Positions 1-14,603 of a stretch of DNA of 64,000 nucleotides are shown here, one piece after another. The stretch spans positions 107,322,001 to 107,386,000 of the forward strand of contig OZ024741.1 of the NCBI GenBank assembly GCA_964016885.1, read 5' to 3'. The stretch is from Eledone cirrhosa. Its lineage: Eukaryota. Position numbers and translations under genes: made by a program. The notes beneath the pieces were generated by a model. That model was not told the DNA's origin. It ran no database searches and was given only the letters and a program-made list of their open reading frames with translations. Each line of letters starts with the position of its first letter. Within the stretch, counting starts at the first letter, position 1.

Positions 1-745
<745 letters not shown>

Positions 746-1404
746 TATATATATACATATATAAAAACATGCATACACAAGTACATAAATATATATATAA
801 ATAATATATATATATATATAAATATATATATAATAATAAATATATATATAAATAATATATATATATAAATATATATATAATAATAAATATATATATATAA
901 ATAATAAATATAAATATATATATATATATACACGCATGCATATTAATGAAGCAATGAATTATGTGAAGGTCCAACACACTAAACGTCCTAACATTTAGTG
1001 TGTTGGGCTTTCATTCCATAAGTTCGTGGGTTCTATTTCTGTGCTCTCGACGTCTTATGTCCTTGTGCATGCACTTTATCTCACGTTGCTCCAGTTCACT
1101 GAACAGCTGAAAATGGGTGCCAGCGGCAGCTGGGATTTATTTATGGCGTCCCGTTCGGGTAGAAGTCTTGTACTTTCAGATGATTAACAACCATAAATCC
1201 AAGATAAGCTCCGTCCTTTAAACAACACGTGCAAGCATGCAAAAAACGGATGAAGTATCACAATGACTATATCTCAGCTCATGAATGAATAATAAAATTT
1301 GTATGTATGTATGGACTCCTAACTCCTAATGGAGTCACAGGGGCGCCACCTTCAGGCCTGAACACAGCAGATTTCTTCCAGAAAAAGAGAGATGGCGAGA
1401 GAAA

Positions 1405-1578
1405 AAATGGAGAAAGATATAAAGCAAGAATCGATAACAGTACTAGACTGGTACATTTTATCGACCTCAAAAGGATGAAAGGCAAAGTTGATCTTTGTAG
1501 GATTTGAACTCAGAGAGCAGAGAGCCGGAACGAATGCCGCAAAGCATTATATCTAATGATCTAACGATTCTGCTAATG
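1405..1578 (-). mobile_element. tRNA-derived SINE, degenerate copy
   Basis: Contains ggtacattttatcgacctcaaaaggatgaaaggcaaagttga...gatttgaactcag, matching the SINE core at 21229-21412. Confidence 0.75.
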
Positions 1579-2996
1579 AATAATAGCATTTAAAATTCTT
1601 TTCATATTGAGAACAACGTCAAAAATGTAGATTTAAATTCAGTGAATAATAAAACGTATAAAAAAAGCGGGGGGGGGGGGGCACACAAAAGACAAAAATG
1701 TGGAAAGTAAGGTAAAGTAAAAAAAAAAAAAAAAACCCAAACCAGAAAAATACGTTAATTGTTGAGTATAAATTATTTATTTGTGTATATCTGAGTAAAT
1801 ATTGTTTAGGTCACGGTTTAAGCCCCCGTCAAACTATTATACATGAAGACATATTTTCAGATCTGTCTACAATGACAAACACAAAATGGCGCCACAAGAA
1901 ATATCGTTCGTCATTATTAAATATTATTTATTGTTTGTAATTTTCATTCATTTCTGATTCTGCATCCACTCTCTCTTTTTTTTAAATATAGTCTATTATT
2001 TCTTTAACTCTCTAAATGTTATAGTTAATATGTGTTGTAGTCGCGAAACATACGCTTAACACTCATACTCACAGACACGCGCAAACACACACACACACAA
2101 ACACACCTGAAACAGACATACGCGCACACGCAAACATATATATGAGATACATTTAATGCAGGAATGCACACAGTTTAAGTTATAAGCCTCGATTTGAGAC
2201 AGTAAACAATATAAAATTATATAAATAATCATATAATCTTGAAATCCAATATAGGAATTGTTTCTGCCTATTTTGTAGCTTATGAGCTACCTACGCTTCT
2301 ATCGAAAGTTATGTAAATAGTTTTCTGTCAATGAAGAGACGTATAAGAAAGAACTACTCATATCAAACCCAAACCAGAGATAAATTGCTATAAATTCCAC
2401 AAGGTATTTTGTTCGACACTCTAACCCAGCCGATATATTTCACTATACATATAAATATTGAAAAATAAAAACAAAATAAACATGCTATAGATTATCGAAA
2501 TAGCTTTCATCTATATTTCAATATTTCAAACCTGGGTTCTTTTAAAATATACTTAGCGATACAATGACAAATTAACAATGCATAAGTTGTATAGTATTTT
2601 ATCATTATTGGTGGAATGAAAGGGAAAATAGGACTTGAAGAGCGGTAAAGTATTCAATGAATAGTGGTATATTTCAGAAAGGACCGGCACTGACACGCCC
2701 AGCACTGTTATTTCCGAAGGACATAACCAGAACTGTTATTTCCGAAGGATATAACCAGAACTGATAGTACTTCAAACGTTTCGTTAAGTTAGATTCAATC
2801 TCAGCATTCAATAATTTATTATCATTTTATTATATAACAAAAGAAGACATTACTTAAACATGTTAGACGGTAATCAAAATATTAAATATATACAGGTTTA
2901 GCTCTAGTATTGAATTCTGTTGCTTTCAATACAAAACATACGTTTACTCACAGTTTAAAAAATAAGTAAACTAGTACTAAAACAGACATATACATC

Positions 2997-3150
<154 letters not shown>

Positions 3151-3387
3151 TCGTTTTATTAAGGCTAAATAGTGAATCTTGTTACTTTGGAGTTTCGTTT
3201 GTTTATTACAGGGTTATCAGACGAGAACTAATGTTTCAAGGCAGACAGAGTATAAATAAAGAAGACTTGAAATGAAGGAAAGTGCGTTTTAATTGAGATG
3301 GGGTAATTAAGATAGGATGGGCAGGTTGGAGGTGGCAGCAAGGTGGCAGCAAGGGCTGTGTGAAAGAAGAAGGCGATAAAGGGGGTA

Positions 3388-3639
3388 GTGGGTATAGCCA
3401 ATCTTTCCAAGTATCTGCCGCTCTCGGATAGTTTTGTAGTAGAGCCTTTAGCAGGGGAGACTTCCGAGGTTCTTGGTCCCCAGACCACATCCCTACTCAC
3501 TACTATCGAACCGGAGTTGATCGCCAGTAGGTGCGAGCCCCGCGAGGTGGAGTGGTTGTTCCAGCACCTCTCCCTCGTCGTCCACCGGGACAATGCATTC
3601 ATCCTGTCGGCCAGAACACAAAAGCGGAGGGTAATTTAG
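3388..3639 (+). pseudogene. Fragment of a CRE-like non-LTR retrotransposon (C-terminal restriction-like endonuclease region)
   Basis: KYLPLSDSFVVEPLAGETSEVLG...EPREVEWLFQHLSLVVHRDNA resembles the KY..L...F.P.AVET.G..G...FLFQRLS.AIQRGNA C-terminus of CRE-clade elements (recalled motif). Confidence 0.65.
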
Positions 3640-4001
3640 CTGGTAGTGGACGATACTCATTCGAACGTCACTTTCACACATGCATTTAAAGCTTTTTTTT
3701 ATTATCAATATACATAATGTAGTTGACCATTGAAGTGTTTCATACGTTACATCTTTCTATTTCCTCACACACACACCGTTATCTACCTTTCAGGCCACAA
3801 GTACTTATAATGTGCCACAGTGTTTTCCACATCAACTAAACAACATCTGCAATTTGTTAAATGTTTCTAGGACAAACCCCTCAGTCATGTATCAAAGTTC
3901 TTCACCCTTCACAGTCGGTGACATATTTTTCCTGTGATATGTCACAAAGTTATGTTTGGCCGAGAAAATTGTCTTATCTCCTGGAATCGTATGGTCTAGT
4001 G

Positions 4002-4298
4002 CAGAGGTTCCCGACTACCGGGCCGCGGACCGATACTAGTTCGTGGATCATTTGTTACCGGGCCGCAAAGGAATAATTAACTTGTTTAAAATAATATAAT
4101 AGATAAATTGAATATTGAACTTTAATTTTAAAAGATTTATTTAAATATTCAATACTCATCTACTTTAATAAATTGCTCTTTTTATTATTGCTCTCTATCT
4201 AAATACACTTAAATAACACATATGTGGAACTACCGGTCAGCGGATAGATTGTCCGATATGAAACCACTCCATGGCATAAAAAAGGTTGGAAACCACTG
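4002..4298. mobile_element. hAT (Charlie-like) MITE
   Basis: Termini cagaggttccc / ggaaaccactg. Perfect 8-bp TSD gtctagtg at 3994-4001 and 4299-4306. Confidence 0.88.
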
Positions 4299-4581
4299 GT
4301 CTAGTGGACACCAATAGCCATGACGTCGCCAGTGCCAGTATAGTAGGATACTAGTGGCAGCATCCATCAGCCTCCACTACTAAAACAGGTGCCCAACCAG
4401 ACAACCCAGCTCACTCAACTGGACGTGCCTGCATGTGTTACTAAAGTTAATTAATATTAAATGAATAAATATGTTGATGGATTAGATTTTGGGATTTAAG
4501 AATTTATGATTAAAAGTTAGAATTTAAAAATTGAAAATATGGATTATGCACTATACAGCTTTATGAATTATAAGACAAATA

Positions 4582-4801
4582 TAATGGTTTCTTATATAGG
4601 CACAACGCCAGCAATGTTTTGGGGAGGGGAAAGTCGATTAAATCGACCCTAGTGCATTATTGGTACTTTATTTTATCGACCCCGTAAGGATGAAAGGCAA
4701 AGTTAACCTCGGCGGAATTTGAAATCAGATCATAAAGGGCCGTAACTTTATGCTGCAAAGCATGGTCCCGACCCCCTACCGGTACTGGCAATCCACTGCC
4801 C
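4582..4801 (-). mobile_element. tRNA-derived SINE
   Basis: Reverse complement of the A-box/B-box head, central core and tail seen at 21229-21412. Confidence 0.85.
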
Positions 4802-4990
4802 TTATAAGATGAATATAATAAATGTAAGTAAAGGAATATATATGGAAAGAGTAAGACGTGACGATATCAAATTAATGCGGTAATACAAGAATATGAGAAA
4901 CATGAATACAAATGGAATGTGTAAAAATATATATAGAGATATAAGTATAGTTATAAATAGAGATATACAGAGAGATAGCTAGATAGTAGT

Positions 4991-5087
<97 letters not shown>

Positions 5088-5121
5088 CTGTTCCATAATT
5101 CTTCAAGTAAACTTCAACACT

Positions 5122-5162
<41 letters not shown>

Positions 5163-5298
5163 GTACATTCACATATAAATACATATACATACACAGTGAC
5201 AGAAGGAAAGAGAGGGAAAAAAGTTTTGTTTATACATAAACATATGTATTTTGGACGATGGGGTTGGCTATTTCTCTTCGTGTGTGTGTGTTTGCATA

Positions 5299-5340
<42 letters not shown>

Positions 5341-6585
5341 TTAGTAACAAATGAATAGATTTATCGATCTCAATTCTCCAATATATTTGATGTATACACG
5401 TAAAAGACAATGGAGGGTTTCAACTTTGGGATATTTTATTGAAACATTACACCACTCTTCACTTTCCAATCTCCTTGTTTCTTCGGCAATTACTCTAAAA
5501 CCTCTTAAGGACAGAAGGAAACGACAATTTCAAAACTGTTTATCGAAATTTTTATAAATTTTCTTTCAGCATATCTTTCTCATTACTATTCGATTTAAGT
5601 CTTGTTTAAATTACAAATGTTATTTGAGTTTTGTTCCTCTTAGAATGCATTTCGGATCGATCATGAAAGCAGTAAAATATAGCTTTGTTTCTATCAATGA
5701 AACTTAGAATATCCTACTAGTCTAACTACGAGAAATTATATAAATTTATAAACTTGTTATCTCAATATAATCGCTTTTATTAGACAACCAATCTCCTATA
5801 TCACCATGTAACTTTTTCCGCTGTTTTCCTTTTCTTTTTACTCTCGTCTCACTTACATTACTGTCTCTTTCGATCTTCCGAAAAAAGACTATCGTTCGAA
5901 GATATGTTGGTAGATAGACCGTTAGGTAGATAGATGTGTAGGTAGGTATGTAGGCAAGTAGTGAAGTAGGTAGATATGTAGGTATGTTGGTAGGAGGGTA
6001 GGCATGTGGTATGTAGTTTGTTAGTTATTTGGGTAGATAGATACATATATATATAGAGATAGATAGATGAATAGACAGATAGACAGATAAATAGATAGAT
6101 ATAGTGCATGTATAGTTCAAATTATTAATACAATTCAAGTTCCGCATTATGTGTTCATTGCTCCTTTCCTTCAAATGCACTCGCATCAGTATATATTCAA
6201 GAAATCGAAATAATCTTCAGCCTGGTGATCCTCATGACAGGAGACAGGATTTAACGCCTAAAAACTATAAGAAAATACGAATTATTTCACAATACTATTG
6301 CTGTTACCTGACGACAGTGCTCAGTATGTAGAGAACAGGTTGAGATTAACTAAACGAGACAATACGGCTAACATATATAACTTCAGTCAGATTATATTAA
6401 AAATACGTCGATAAAAGATAAGAAAAAACTGACTTGATAAATTATTTCTAAATTAAATAAGACTGTTTAATGGCATTACGGAAGTTAGCAGTGAGAATAG
6501 AGCTCTCCATATACACAGAAAGATATGATGATGAGAAGCATGCATTAAAATGAAACAGAAGACAACACATGTGCATGCGTGCGTG

Positions 6586-6636
<51 letters not shown>

Positions 6637-6639
<3 letters not shown>

Positions 6640-7146
6640 TAATGTTAGTCCTTCATCAGTGATCTTTCAACCATCATTGGTATTTCATCGCTTTAAAGAC
6701 CATATACCTTCGGTTGGTGCGAGCAACGGCTAAAAAAAGTCGTTGGGACACGTAAATAAAGGGGACGCGAGTCTGTGAATTCGGCACAGACTAGACCCCT
6801 TCTTCCTCCCGTTAGACCTGTGCGAAATTCCTTCCTTGCTCACATTTCAACCAGGTTTGATGGTCTTTATTCTCTCTCGTTCACGATTTCACCGAATTTA
6901 AATTCATAGAAATTTGGGACTTGACTCCTTCTTCCTCACTTTTCGTTGCTTCACCATTTTTGTTTGTTTACACTCGCGCCCCCTTTATTTACGTGTCCCA
7001 ACGACTTTTTTTAGCCGTTGCTCGCACCAACCGGAGGTATATGGTCTTTAAAGCGATGAAATACCAATGATGGTTGGAAGATCACTGATGAAGGACTAAC
7101 CTTATTCATATGTAACCCATTAGTATCCCCGCAGCACGTTTATTTC
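6637..7146 (+). mobile_element. Fold-back Penelope-like mini-element in (TA)n
   Basis: Inverted arms 6637-6772 / 6972-7111, a ~35-nt unpaired tail, and (TA)n on both sides. Homologous to 32103-32721. Confidence 0.7.
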
Positions 7147-7175
7147 ATATATATATATATATATATATGTATATA

Positions 7176-7256
<81 letters not shown>

Positions 7257-7262
7257 TATATA

Positions 7263-7293
<31 letters not shown>

Positions 7294-7338
7294 TATATAC
7301 ATATATATATAATATATATATATATGTATATATATATA

Positions 7339-7410
<72 letters not shown>

Positions 7411-7414
<4 letters not shown>

Positions 7415-7802
7415 TATAAGGGTTAAAATACTGGAGTGTGTTAGAGTTAAACACCCTCTTCGTATTATAGAATTGACAGTAAAAGGTATAGCTCAATGTA
7501 GTTAAACAGAGCTGAAAAATTAATAGAGTAAAACAAAGAAGCCTTCAATACATCAAAAGTCTTTATTAGCCGACAATGTTTCGTCCTATTAATCCTTTCA
7601 TTTTTATCATATATTTTTATTATATATTTTTGTAATACTTCAGTGTATGCACACTCCATATTCTTCGGAGCTTCCGGCTTGTATCTGCCGATATTACTTC
7701 TTGTTGTTTTAATTGCCCTGATGAGTCCTTAATAGGACGAAACATTGTCGGCTAATAAAGACTTTTGATGTATTGAAGGCTTCTTTGTTTTACTCTATTA
7801 AT
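7411..7802. mobile_element. Fold-back Penelope-like mini-element in (TA)n carrying a hammerhead
   Basis: Inverted arms ~7519-7592 / 7729-7802, tail 7411-7518, (TA)n flanks. Confidence 0.8.
7715..7752 (+). ncRNA. Minimal type I hammerhead ribozyme
   Basis: gcc-CTGATGA-gtcc ttaata ggac-GAAA-ca t tg-TC-ggc: full core, stems I, II and III, GUC cleavage triplet, followed by AATAAA. Confidence 0.85.
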
Positions 7803-7858
7803 ATATATATATATATATAATATATATATATGTATATATATATATACATATATATATA

Positions 7859-7941
<83 letters not shown>

Positions 7942-7960
7942 TATATAATATATATATATG

Positions 7961-8122
<162 letters not shown>

Positions 8123-8156
8123 TATACATATGTATATATATATATACACACACACA

Positions 8157-8533
8157 CTTGTTGTATATCGAATAATATACAGAATGTTTATGAAAAACAT
8201 TTCATAGCCTTCCGCTATGGACTTTTAAGGTTGTGACCACCGTCACAAATCCTTAGCCTCTGCAAAAAACAAAGAGGAAGTAATCGACAATGTGCGTTGT
8301 TTCTCTGTCAAAGCAACATATCGACCTAGATTCCTATGGCTTATGAAACAACTCGCTGTTGGTTACTACCCCCTTGTTTTGTTGAGACGAAGGATGTGTG
8401 GCGGTGGTTATAATCTTAAAACTTCATAGAAGAAGGGTTTCAAATATTTATCGTAACCATCCTTTATATTTTTCTATATACAAGATGTACATACATGTGT
8501 ATAACGCTATGTTGGAGAAGCAATACTAATACA
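8157..8533 (+). mobile_element. Older fold-back mini-element with imperfect inverted arms and a tail
   Basis: Arm ~8157-8253 is an imperfect reverse complement of ~8390-8485. Tail to ~8533. Microsatellite flanks. Confidence 0.55.
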
Positions 8534-8594
8534 TATATATATAATGTTTTATGGCAGTGCGTATATGCATGTATTATATATATAAGTGTATATA

Positions 8595-8735
<141 letters not shown>

Positions 8736-8841
8736 TATATATGTATATAAATATACATATATATATATGTATGTTGTATATATATATACTTGTATAATAC
8801 TTTCATATACCTACTGCCATAAAACATTATATACATATATA

Positions 8842-9992
8842 CTAGCAGCAGTACCCAGCGTTGCCTGGGTAGTTGAAATAATATCTGCTTTGATGAAAAG
8901 GTGTTGATCTTAGCGACTGCTTCTCGATGACTCATATAGCCACACACAGGCCATGCAGGGGAGGGTGGTGATGACCTCTTTCACTGAGAAAAGCGGGCGA
9001 CTGACGAAGGGGCATGCTGGGGGAGGGAGGTAATGACCTCTAACACTAAGCCAAATTTCCTCACGCTACTTGATTGGAAACCGATGAATTCTCAAATACA
9101 CAACTAAAAGCTCAGACGACGTCAGTGGCCATCGTTTTGCTTTTGACCAAGAGCCGGTTAGAAATTCATGAGCTGGCGAGTTTCTTGAAAATCGGCCGTA
9201 AGGTGTAGCAGAGGGTGAAATGTTGAGTGAAATCGTATGGAATATGTGAGAGGTGAAAAAAAATCGTATTTTGAAGAGTTAAACGGCTGCCACGCAGTCC
9301 CTCAACAAAAAATGTAAAGTGTAAAGCTACTATAAGATGTGCAATGATAGGTTCTATCGTAGTATAAAAGTTGAACCAAATAAATTGATTTATGTGTGAG
9401 GTGGAACCGAAGTTTCTAATTTGAACGAAATCGGTTTAAAATTATGGAAGCTTCAGCCGAAAAGGCGGAAATTTGAGCGAAAAGGTGGTATTTTCGAATA
9501 TTTAAGCGGTTGCCACGCCGTTTCTGAACAAAAATTCCAAAATGTAAAGCCACTTTAAGACGTGAAATAATCAGATCTAGCGTAGTGTAAAATTTGAACA
9601 AAGTAGATTGATTAATGTGGGAGCTAAATTTGAGTCTAAAAGTGGTATTTTGGAATATTTAAGCGGCTGCCACGCCGTCCCTGAACAACAAATGCAAAAT
9701 ATAAAACCATTACAGGATGTGCAATGATAAATTCTATTTTGCTTTAAAATTTGACCGAAATCGGTGGCAAAAGCTAGAGCCAAAAATCTTATTTTTCGAT
9801 ACCTAAATAAAGGTGACCCCCCTCCCTATCGATTTTTATCTGCAGAATGACCCCGGAATAAAAAAAACGATACGCTGATATATAGATATATAGAAAACAC
9901 TCCCCGACGACTAATCTATGAGTAAAGTTTCATGAAAATCGGTACCTATAGGTACACAGACACACACATACTTAATTTTATATATATACAGA
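8842..9992 (-). mobile_element. Non-autonomous Helitron
   Basis: On the minus strand it starts TC (tctgtatatatataaaa), ends with hairpin acccaggcaacgctgggt followed by actgctgCTAG, and sits between A and T with no TSD. Three internal diverged repeats (ttaa.cgg.tgccacgc...) at ~9280, ~9502 and ~9659. Confidence 0.88.
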
Positions 9993-10099
9993 TGTATTAG
10001 TATTGCTTCTCCAACATAGCGTTATACACATATATGTACATCTTGTATATCGAAAAATATAAAGGATGGTTACGAAAAACATTTGAAACCCTTCTGCTA

Positions 10100-10221
<122 letters not shown>

Positions 10222-10312
10222 TAAGTAAAAGGTAAACAGAAATAACGACACAATGGGTACAGTATATGGAAGGAATATATTAGTTTAGCGCTTGAAATAG
10301 TAGGAAGAGGGT

Positions 10313-10346
10313 CTTAACGTTTCGGACGCTAGTTTTTCATCAGAAG
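10313..10346 (-). ncRNA. Minimal hammerhead motif with degenerate stem II, in a probable Penelope pLTR remnant (~10219-10690)
   Basis: Minus strand reads ctt-CTGATGA-aaaactagcgtcc-GAAA-cg-TT-aag. Confidence 0.6.
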
Positions 10347-10687
10347 AAAGAATGAGAAATTACAAAGATTGACGGGACGGGCAGGGCGAAATCGGAAAAA
10401 AATGTTTTTCGAGTAAAATAACAGGTCCATTAATGTTGCCATATCTTGGAAAACTGTTGACATACTTTTTTAGAGAAGTGGAACCGGAGCGCGGCTATCT
10501 GAACAGGGAAAAAGAGAAAGTTTTGTATATAGAGCTATAGGTTTGCGCGTGCGTATGCGTGTGGGTGTGCGTGTGTATACAGAGCTGTGAAGGGAAAAGT
10601 AGACGTGTGTGTGTGCGTATTTAATTGGTCTGTATCAGTTGTAAGAGTATATGTTTCTGACCATAAGAGAGCCATAGGAATCTAGGC

Positions 10688-10751
<64 letters not shown>

Positions 10752-11640
10752 TATGGTTCGCTTCTGTTCAGAAACATATACTCTTATATGAGTGATGAGG
10801 TATAATTCATTGGTCCAGTTTAACAAGAACATATGACCATTTGATTCCTTCAGCAGAGTCTTCGCTCTGAGGTAGGCTCCCTTATTGTTATCCATCCCAG
10901 AGGTATTAAAAAAAATCAGGGACATTGCCCTTCCATCCATGAGTAAGCCCGAAAAAAATTGGGTTGCTAGCGATTGTCAGAACAGCAGGTACACATATTC
11001 ATAGACCTAAATCTACGTGTTAGAAGAGAGACAGAGTAGACATTTTAGCTGATGGATACTATTTAAATTCTTCAATCAAGGGAGATAATGAATTACATCA
11101 GACTTCGATCATAAGACGTTAACGTCAACAATGACGAGGGATCATGTGATAAATTAGTTATATCGATTATATATTAGTTATATCGATTATATTGGCAATA
11201 TTGATTATACTCCCACAAGATAACAGTTCGATACAAGACATTTACCACGAAAGAATGTTAACGCACTAATAACTAATAATTAGGATGAAGTGTAAATCAA
11301 ATAGTGCTTGTGTTTTTCTATTGGCAATATTAGCAACATATGCCATCCCCAAATATAACAATATATATAAATAGAGAGACACAAAGCAGGCTTTGTTTAT
11401 AAACTGTTAGCGAATTTGAAAATTAGGTAGTAACATGTGCTTATGCCGTATTTGACTAAATAGAATTAGTCTGTTAGTTGGGATTTAAAAAAACCCTCTG
11501 AATGGAAAAAAAGGACGCGTATTGACGTACATGGGACACAAACCCACATCTTTGGTTTGCCGGACCAATGTGTTATTATTAAACCAAAACGCCACCCATG
11601 CTGCCTTTCATTCAATTAGAAGCTACACACACACACACAG

Positions 11641-11675
<35 letters not shown>

Positions 11676-12131
11676 CATACAACACACACACACACACACA
11701 TATATATATATTTATACGTATATATATGCACAACATATAAGAAAATGTATAGACGGACACACACACACACACATACACACATACACATATATATATAGAA
11801 CATCAAAAAGTTGAAAACTACATCATGACGACTAATAAACAGTTCCTCTGAAACTGCAGTTATTTGCCATTCCACCTATAGTTCAATACTGCCATACCTT
11901 ATCCAATCATATTCTTAGAGTCCGGATATATACACTTGAAATATATTTATGACCTCACATCTTAAATTATTCATTTATTCCAGAAATCTAAATAAACTTT
12001 AACTGGCAATTTCTGCATTTGTCTACAGCAACACGGTCAGAACAAACACATACAAACACATACGAACACATATATACTTGGATTAGATATACGCATACAT
12101 ACACACAGATACACACATATATAAGTTTGTG

Positions 12132-12245
<114 letters not shown>

Positions 12246-12269
12246 TATGTATATATACATATATGTATG

Positions 12270-12308
<39 letters not shown>

Positions 12309-12889
12309 GTGTGTGTGTGTGGGGGGGGTTCTTTTGATGTATTCACACGTATATATTTGTATCGTTGCCATACTTTTCTGTATCTCCTCATTTGCATATA
12401 TCTACATATTGAAATTTATATCAGCCTGGTCATTATATGACTATTAACAGAAAATACATATATATGCATAAATATACATATATTTGTATTTACTGTAATA
12501 TATATAATGCATACATACATTCATACATTCATACATACATGCATACATGCATACATGCATACATACATTCATACATACATACATACATACATACATACAT
12601 ACATACATACATACATACATACAAACGTACGTATATGTAATTCTAAAGATTAGTGTAGTGTGTACTTATATTGGTCTATTAGAAATAGACACACATAAGC
12701 ATACGCATACAAATATGTATATATATATTTAAACAAAAAAATCATTTTGATGTCTATGAATAACTATATGGTTTGTGAATAAATATTTGCCTATTTAAAA
12801 TTTCCATTTCTATAAACGCATCTGTCTCTGTATTTGAAAGGTCATTCAAACTCAAGTATATATATATATGCATTAGCACCAAGACCAAG

Positions 12890-13307
12890 CCGACTGCTTT
12901 ATGCGAGCGAGACTTGGAAGAGTACGGCAAAAACCGAGAGACGGCTGAACGCTTTCCACCAGCGGTGCCTGCGAAAGATCCTTCGTGTGTCCTGGCGCGA
13001 CCGAGTGCGAAACGAGGAGTTCCTCCGGAGAGCCGAGTCGTGGACGCTACAGAGAGTGGTCACGGAGCGTCGGTGCCGTCTGGCTGGCCATATTCTGCGT
13101 CTGCCAAATGAACGGCATTCGAAAACAGCGATGATCTGGACTCCGACTGGCGGTAAACGGAGGCGAGGTTGCCCAAGGATCACCTGGCGACGAACGTTCC
13201 GGAAGGACCTGATGGCAGTCAACATCACCGCTGCTGCTGATCGTGACCGTTGGCGAGTACTTTCTGGTGGATGCGCTGAACGGCGCGGAAGAATCTAAGA
13301 CTAAGAC
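12890..13307 (+). mobile_element. 5'-truncated RTE-clade LINE (3' end)
   Basis: LLYASETW...LNAFHQRCLRKILRVSWRDRV...LAGHILR...GKRRRGCPRITWRR...AADRDRWR, then a (ctaaga)2 tail. Confidence 0.85.
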
Positions 13308-13329
13308 ATATATATATATATATATATAT

Positions 13330-13811
13330 GAGGGTGTTGCAATTTGTTTCAAGCGTTATAGAATAAGAAAATTGAAAGTGGGTATTTTTAGGAAGCCGTA
13401 CAATGCAGGTGGGTTTGAAGTACCAAGTCAAAAAGTCGGAAAGGAATTGAGAGAGGTAAAGTAGAGAGCAGAAAGCAAAAATTGGGAGACGGTGGAAAAT
13501 TATAGGATGAGAATGTCTGATTTGTAACTTAATGATTTATTAGTCCTAATATTTCCGATTTACCATCATTAAATAGTGACCAGGAAAGCCAACCTCTGAT
13601 TTCTCTGAGGTCTCCTACCACGGATTCATCTTTATGATTGATAATGGATGATAAATCCGAAATATTGGGACTCCTAAAGAACTGAGGCAACAATTAGTTA
13701 TTCTTATTCTTTTAGTTTCCTCTTCCCTTCCTCCTCCCACATTTTGCTTGCTGCCTCACCACTCACAATTCCCTTCCGACCTGTTGCCTTGGTAATTCAA
13801 ACCCACCTTCG

Positions 13812-13812
<1 letters not shown>
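13330..13812. mobile_element. Old fold-back Penelope-like mini-element in (TA)n
   Basis: ggtgggtttgaagtaccaag...gtcggaaaggaattgagag (~13408-13453) is inverted to ~13762-13809. Inner arms carry a decayed hammerhead-like ...tgga tgataaa tcc-GAAA-tatt. Tail ~13330-13400. Confidence 0.6.
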
Positions 13813-13886
<74 letters not shown>

Positions 13887-14044
13887 GATTGGTGCTCTGA
13901 AATAACGATGTATACATGAATGTATGTATAGTATATTTGGCAATATACCGTATGTTTAATTAAAAACATTTAGAAGACCATACGCTATCAGTTTTAAAGT
14001 ATTGACTATGTCACTTACTTCTTTTCAGCGAAAGAAGGGAGAGA

Positions 14045-14085
14045 AGCTGACAGTCTGTTTCACGCTGTTGGCGATCATCAGAGCC
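14045..14085 (-). ncRNA. Minimal type I hammerhead ribozyme
   Basis: ggct-CTGATGA-t cgc caaca gcg t-GAAA-cag a ctg-TC-agct. Confidence 0.8.
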
Positions 14086-14378
14086 ACGTACTCCCCTGCT
14101 TTCACCGAAAATTATAGAAGCTGAACCCTTATAGAATTCCAGTAATAATCAGGAGCTCATTATACATACGGTATATTGTATATTGTATAATTAAACATAC
14201 TGTATATTGCTAAATATACTATACATACATTCATGTATACATCACTATTTCAGAGCACCAATCCTAATACCTAACTTTTGCTGGACCGGCAATCGCTCTG
14301 TATAATCAGCTCCTGATTATTACTGGAATTCTATAAGAATCCAGCTTCTATAATTTTCGGCGGAAGCAGGGAGTGCGT

Positions 14379-14420
14379 GGCTCTGATGATCGGCAAACAG
14401 CGTGAAACAGACTGTTAGCT
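14379..14420 (+). ncRNA. Minimal type I hammerhead ribozyme (second copy, GUU site)
   Basis: ggct-CTGATGA-tcggcaaacagcgt-GAAA-cag a ctg-TT-agct. Confidence 0.72.
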
Positions 14421-14554
14421 CCTCTCCCTTCTTTCGCCGAAAAAAAGAAGTAAGTGACATAGTCACTACTTTAAAACCGATAGCGTATGGTCTTCAAAAT
14501 GTTTTTAATTCAACATACGGTATATTGCCAAATATACTACACATACATTCATAC

Positions 14555-14603
<49 letters not shown>

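Larger units (their letters stand above)
13883..14556. mobile_element. Fold-back element built from a permuted ~320-bp hammerhead-containing unit (retrozyme- or pLTR-like)
   Basis: Minus-strand copy 13883-14165, plus-strand copy ~14190-14556 with terminal redundancy (aacatac.gtatattgc.aaatatacta.acatacattcat at ~14192 and ~14512). (TA)n flanks. Confidence 0.8.

Noticed and set aside
2704-2763. Two tandem ~27-bp repeats (ctgttatttccgaagga.ataaccagaa) and a nearby aaacgtttcg
   Set aside because: Simple local duplication with no spacers, so not CRISPR. No CUGANGA partner for a hammerhead.
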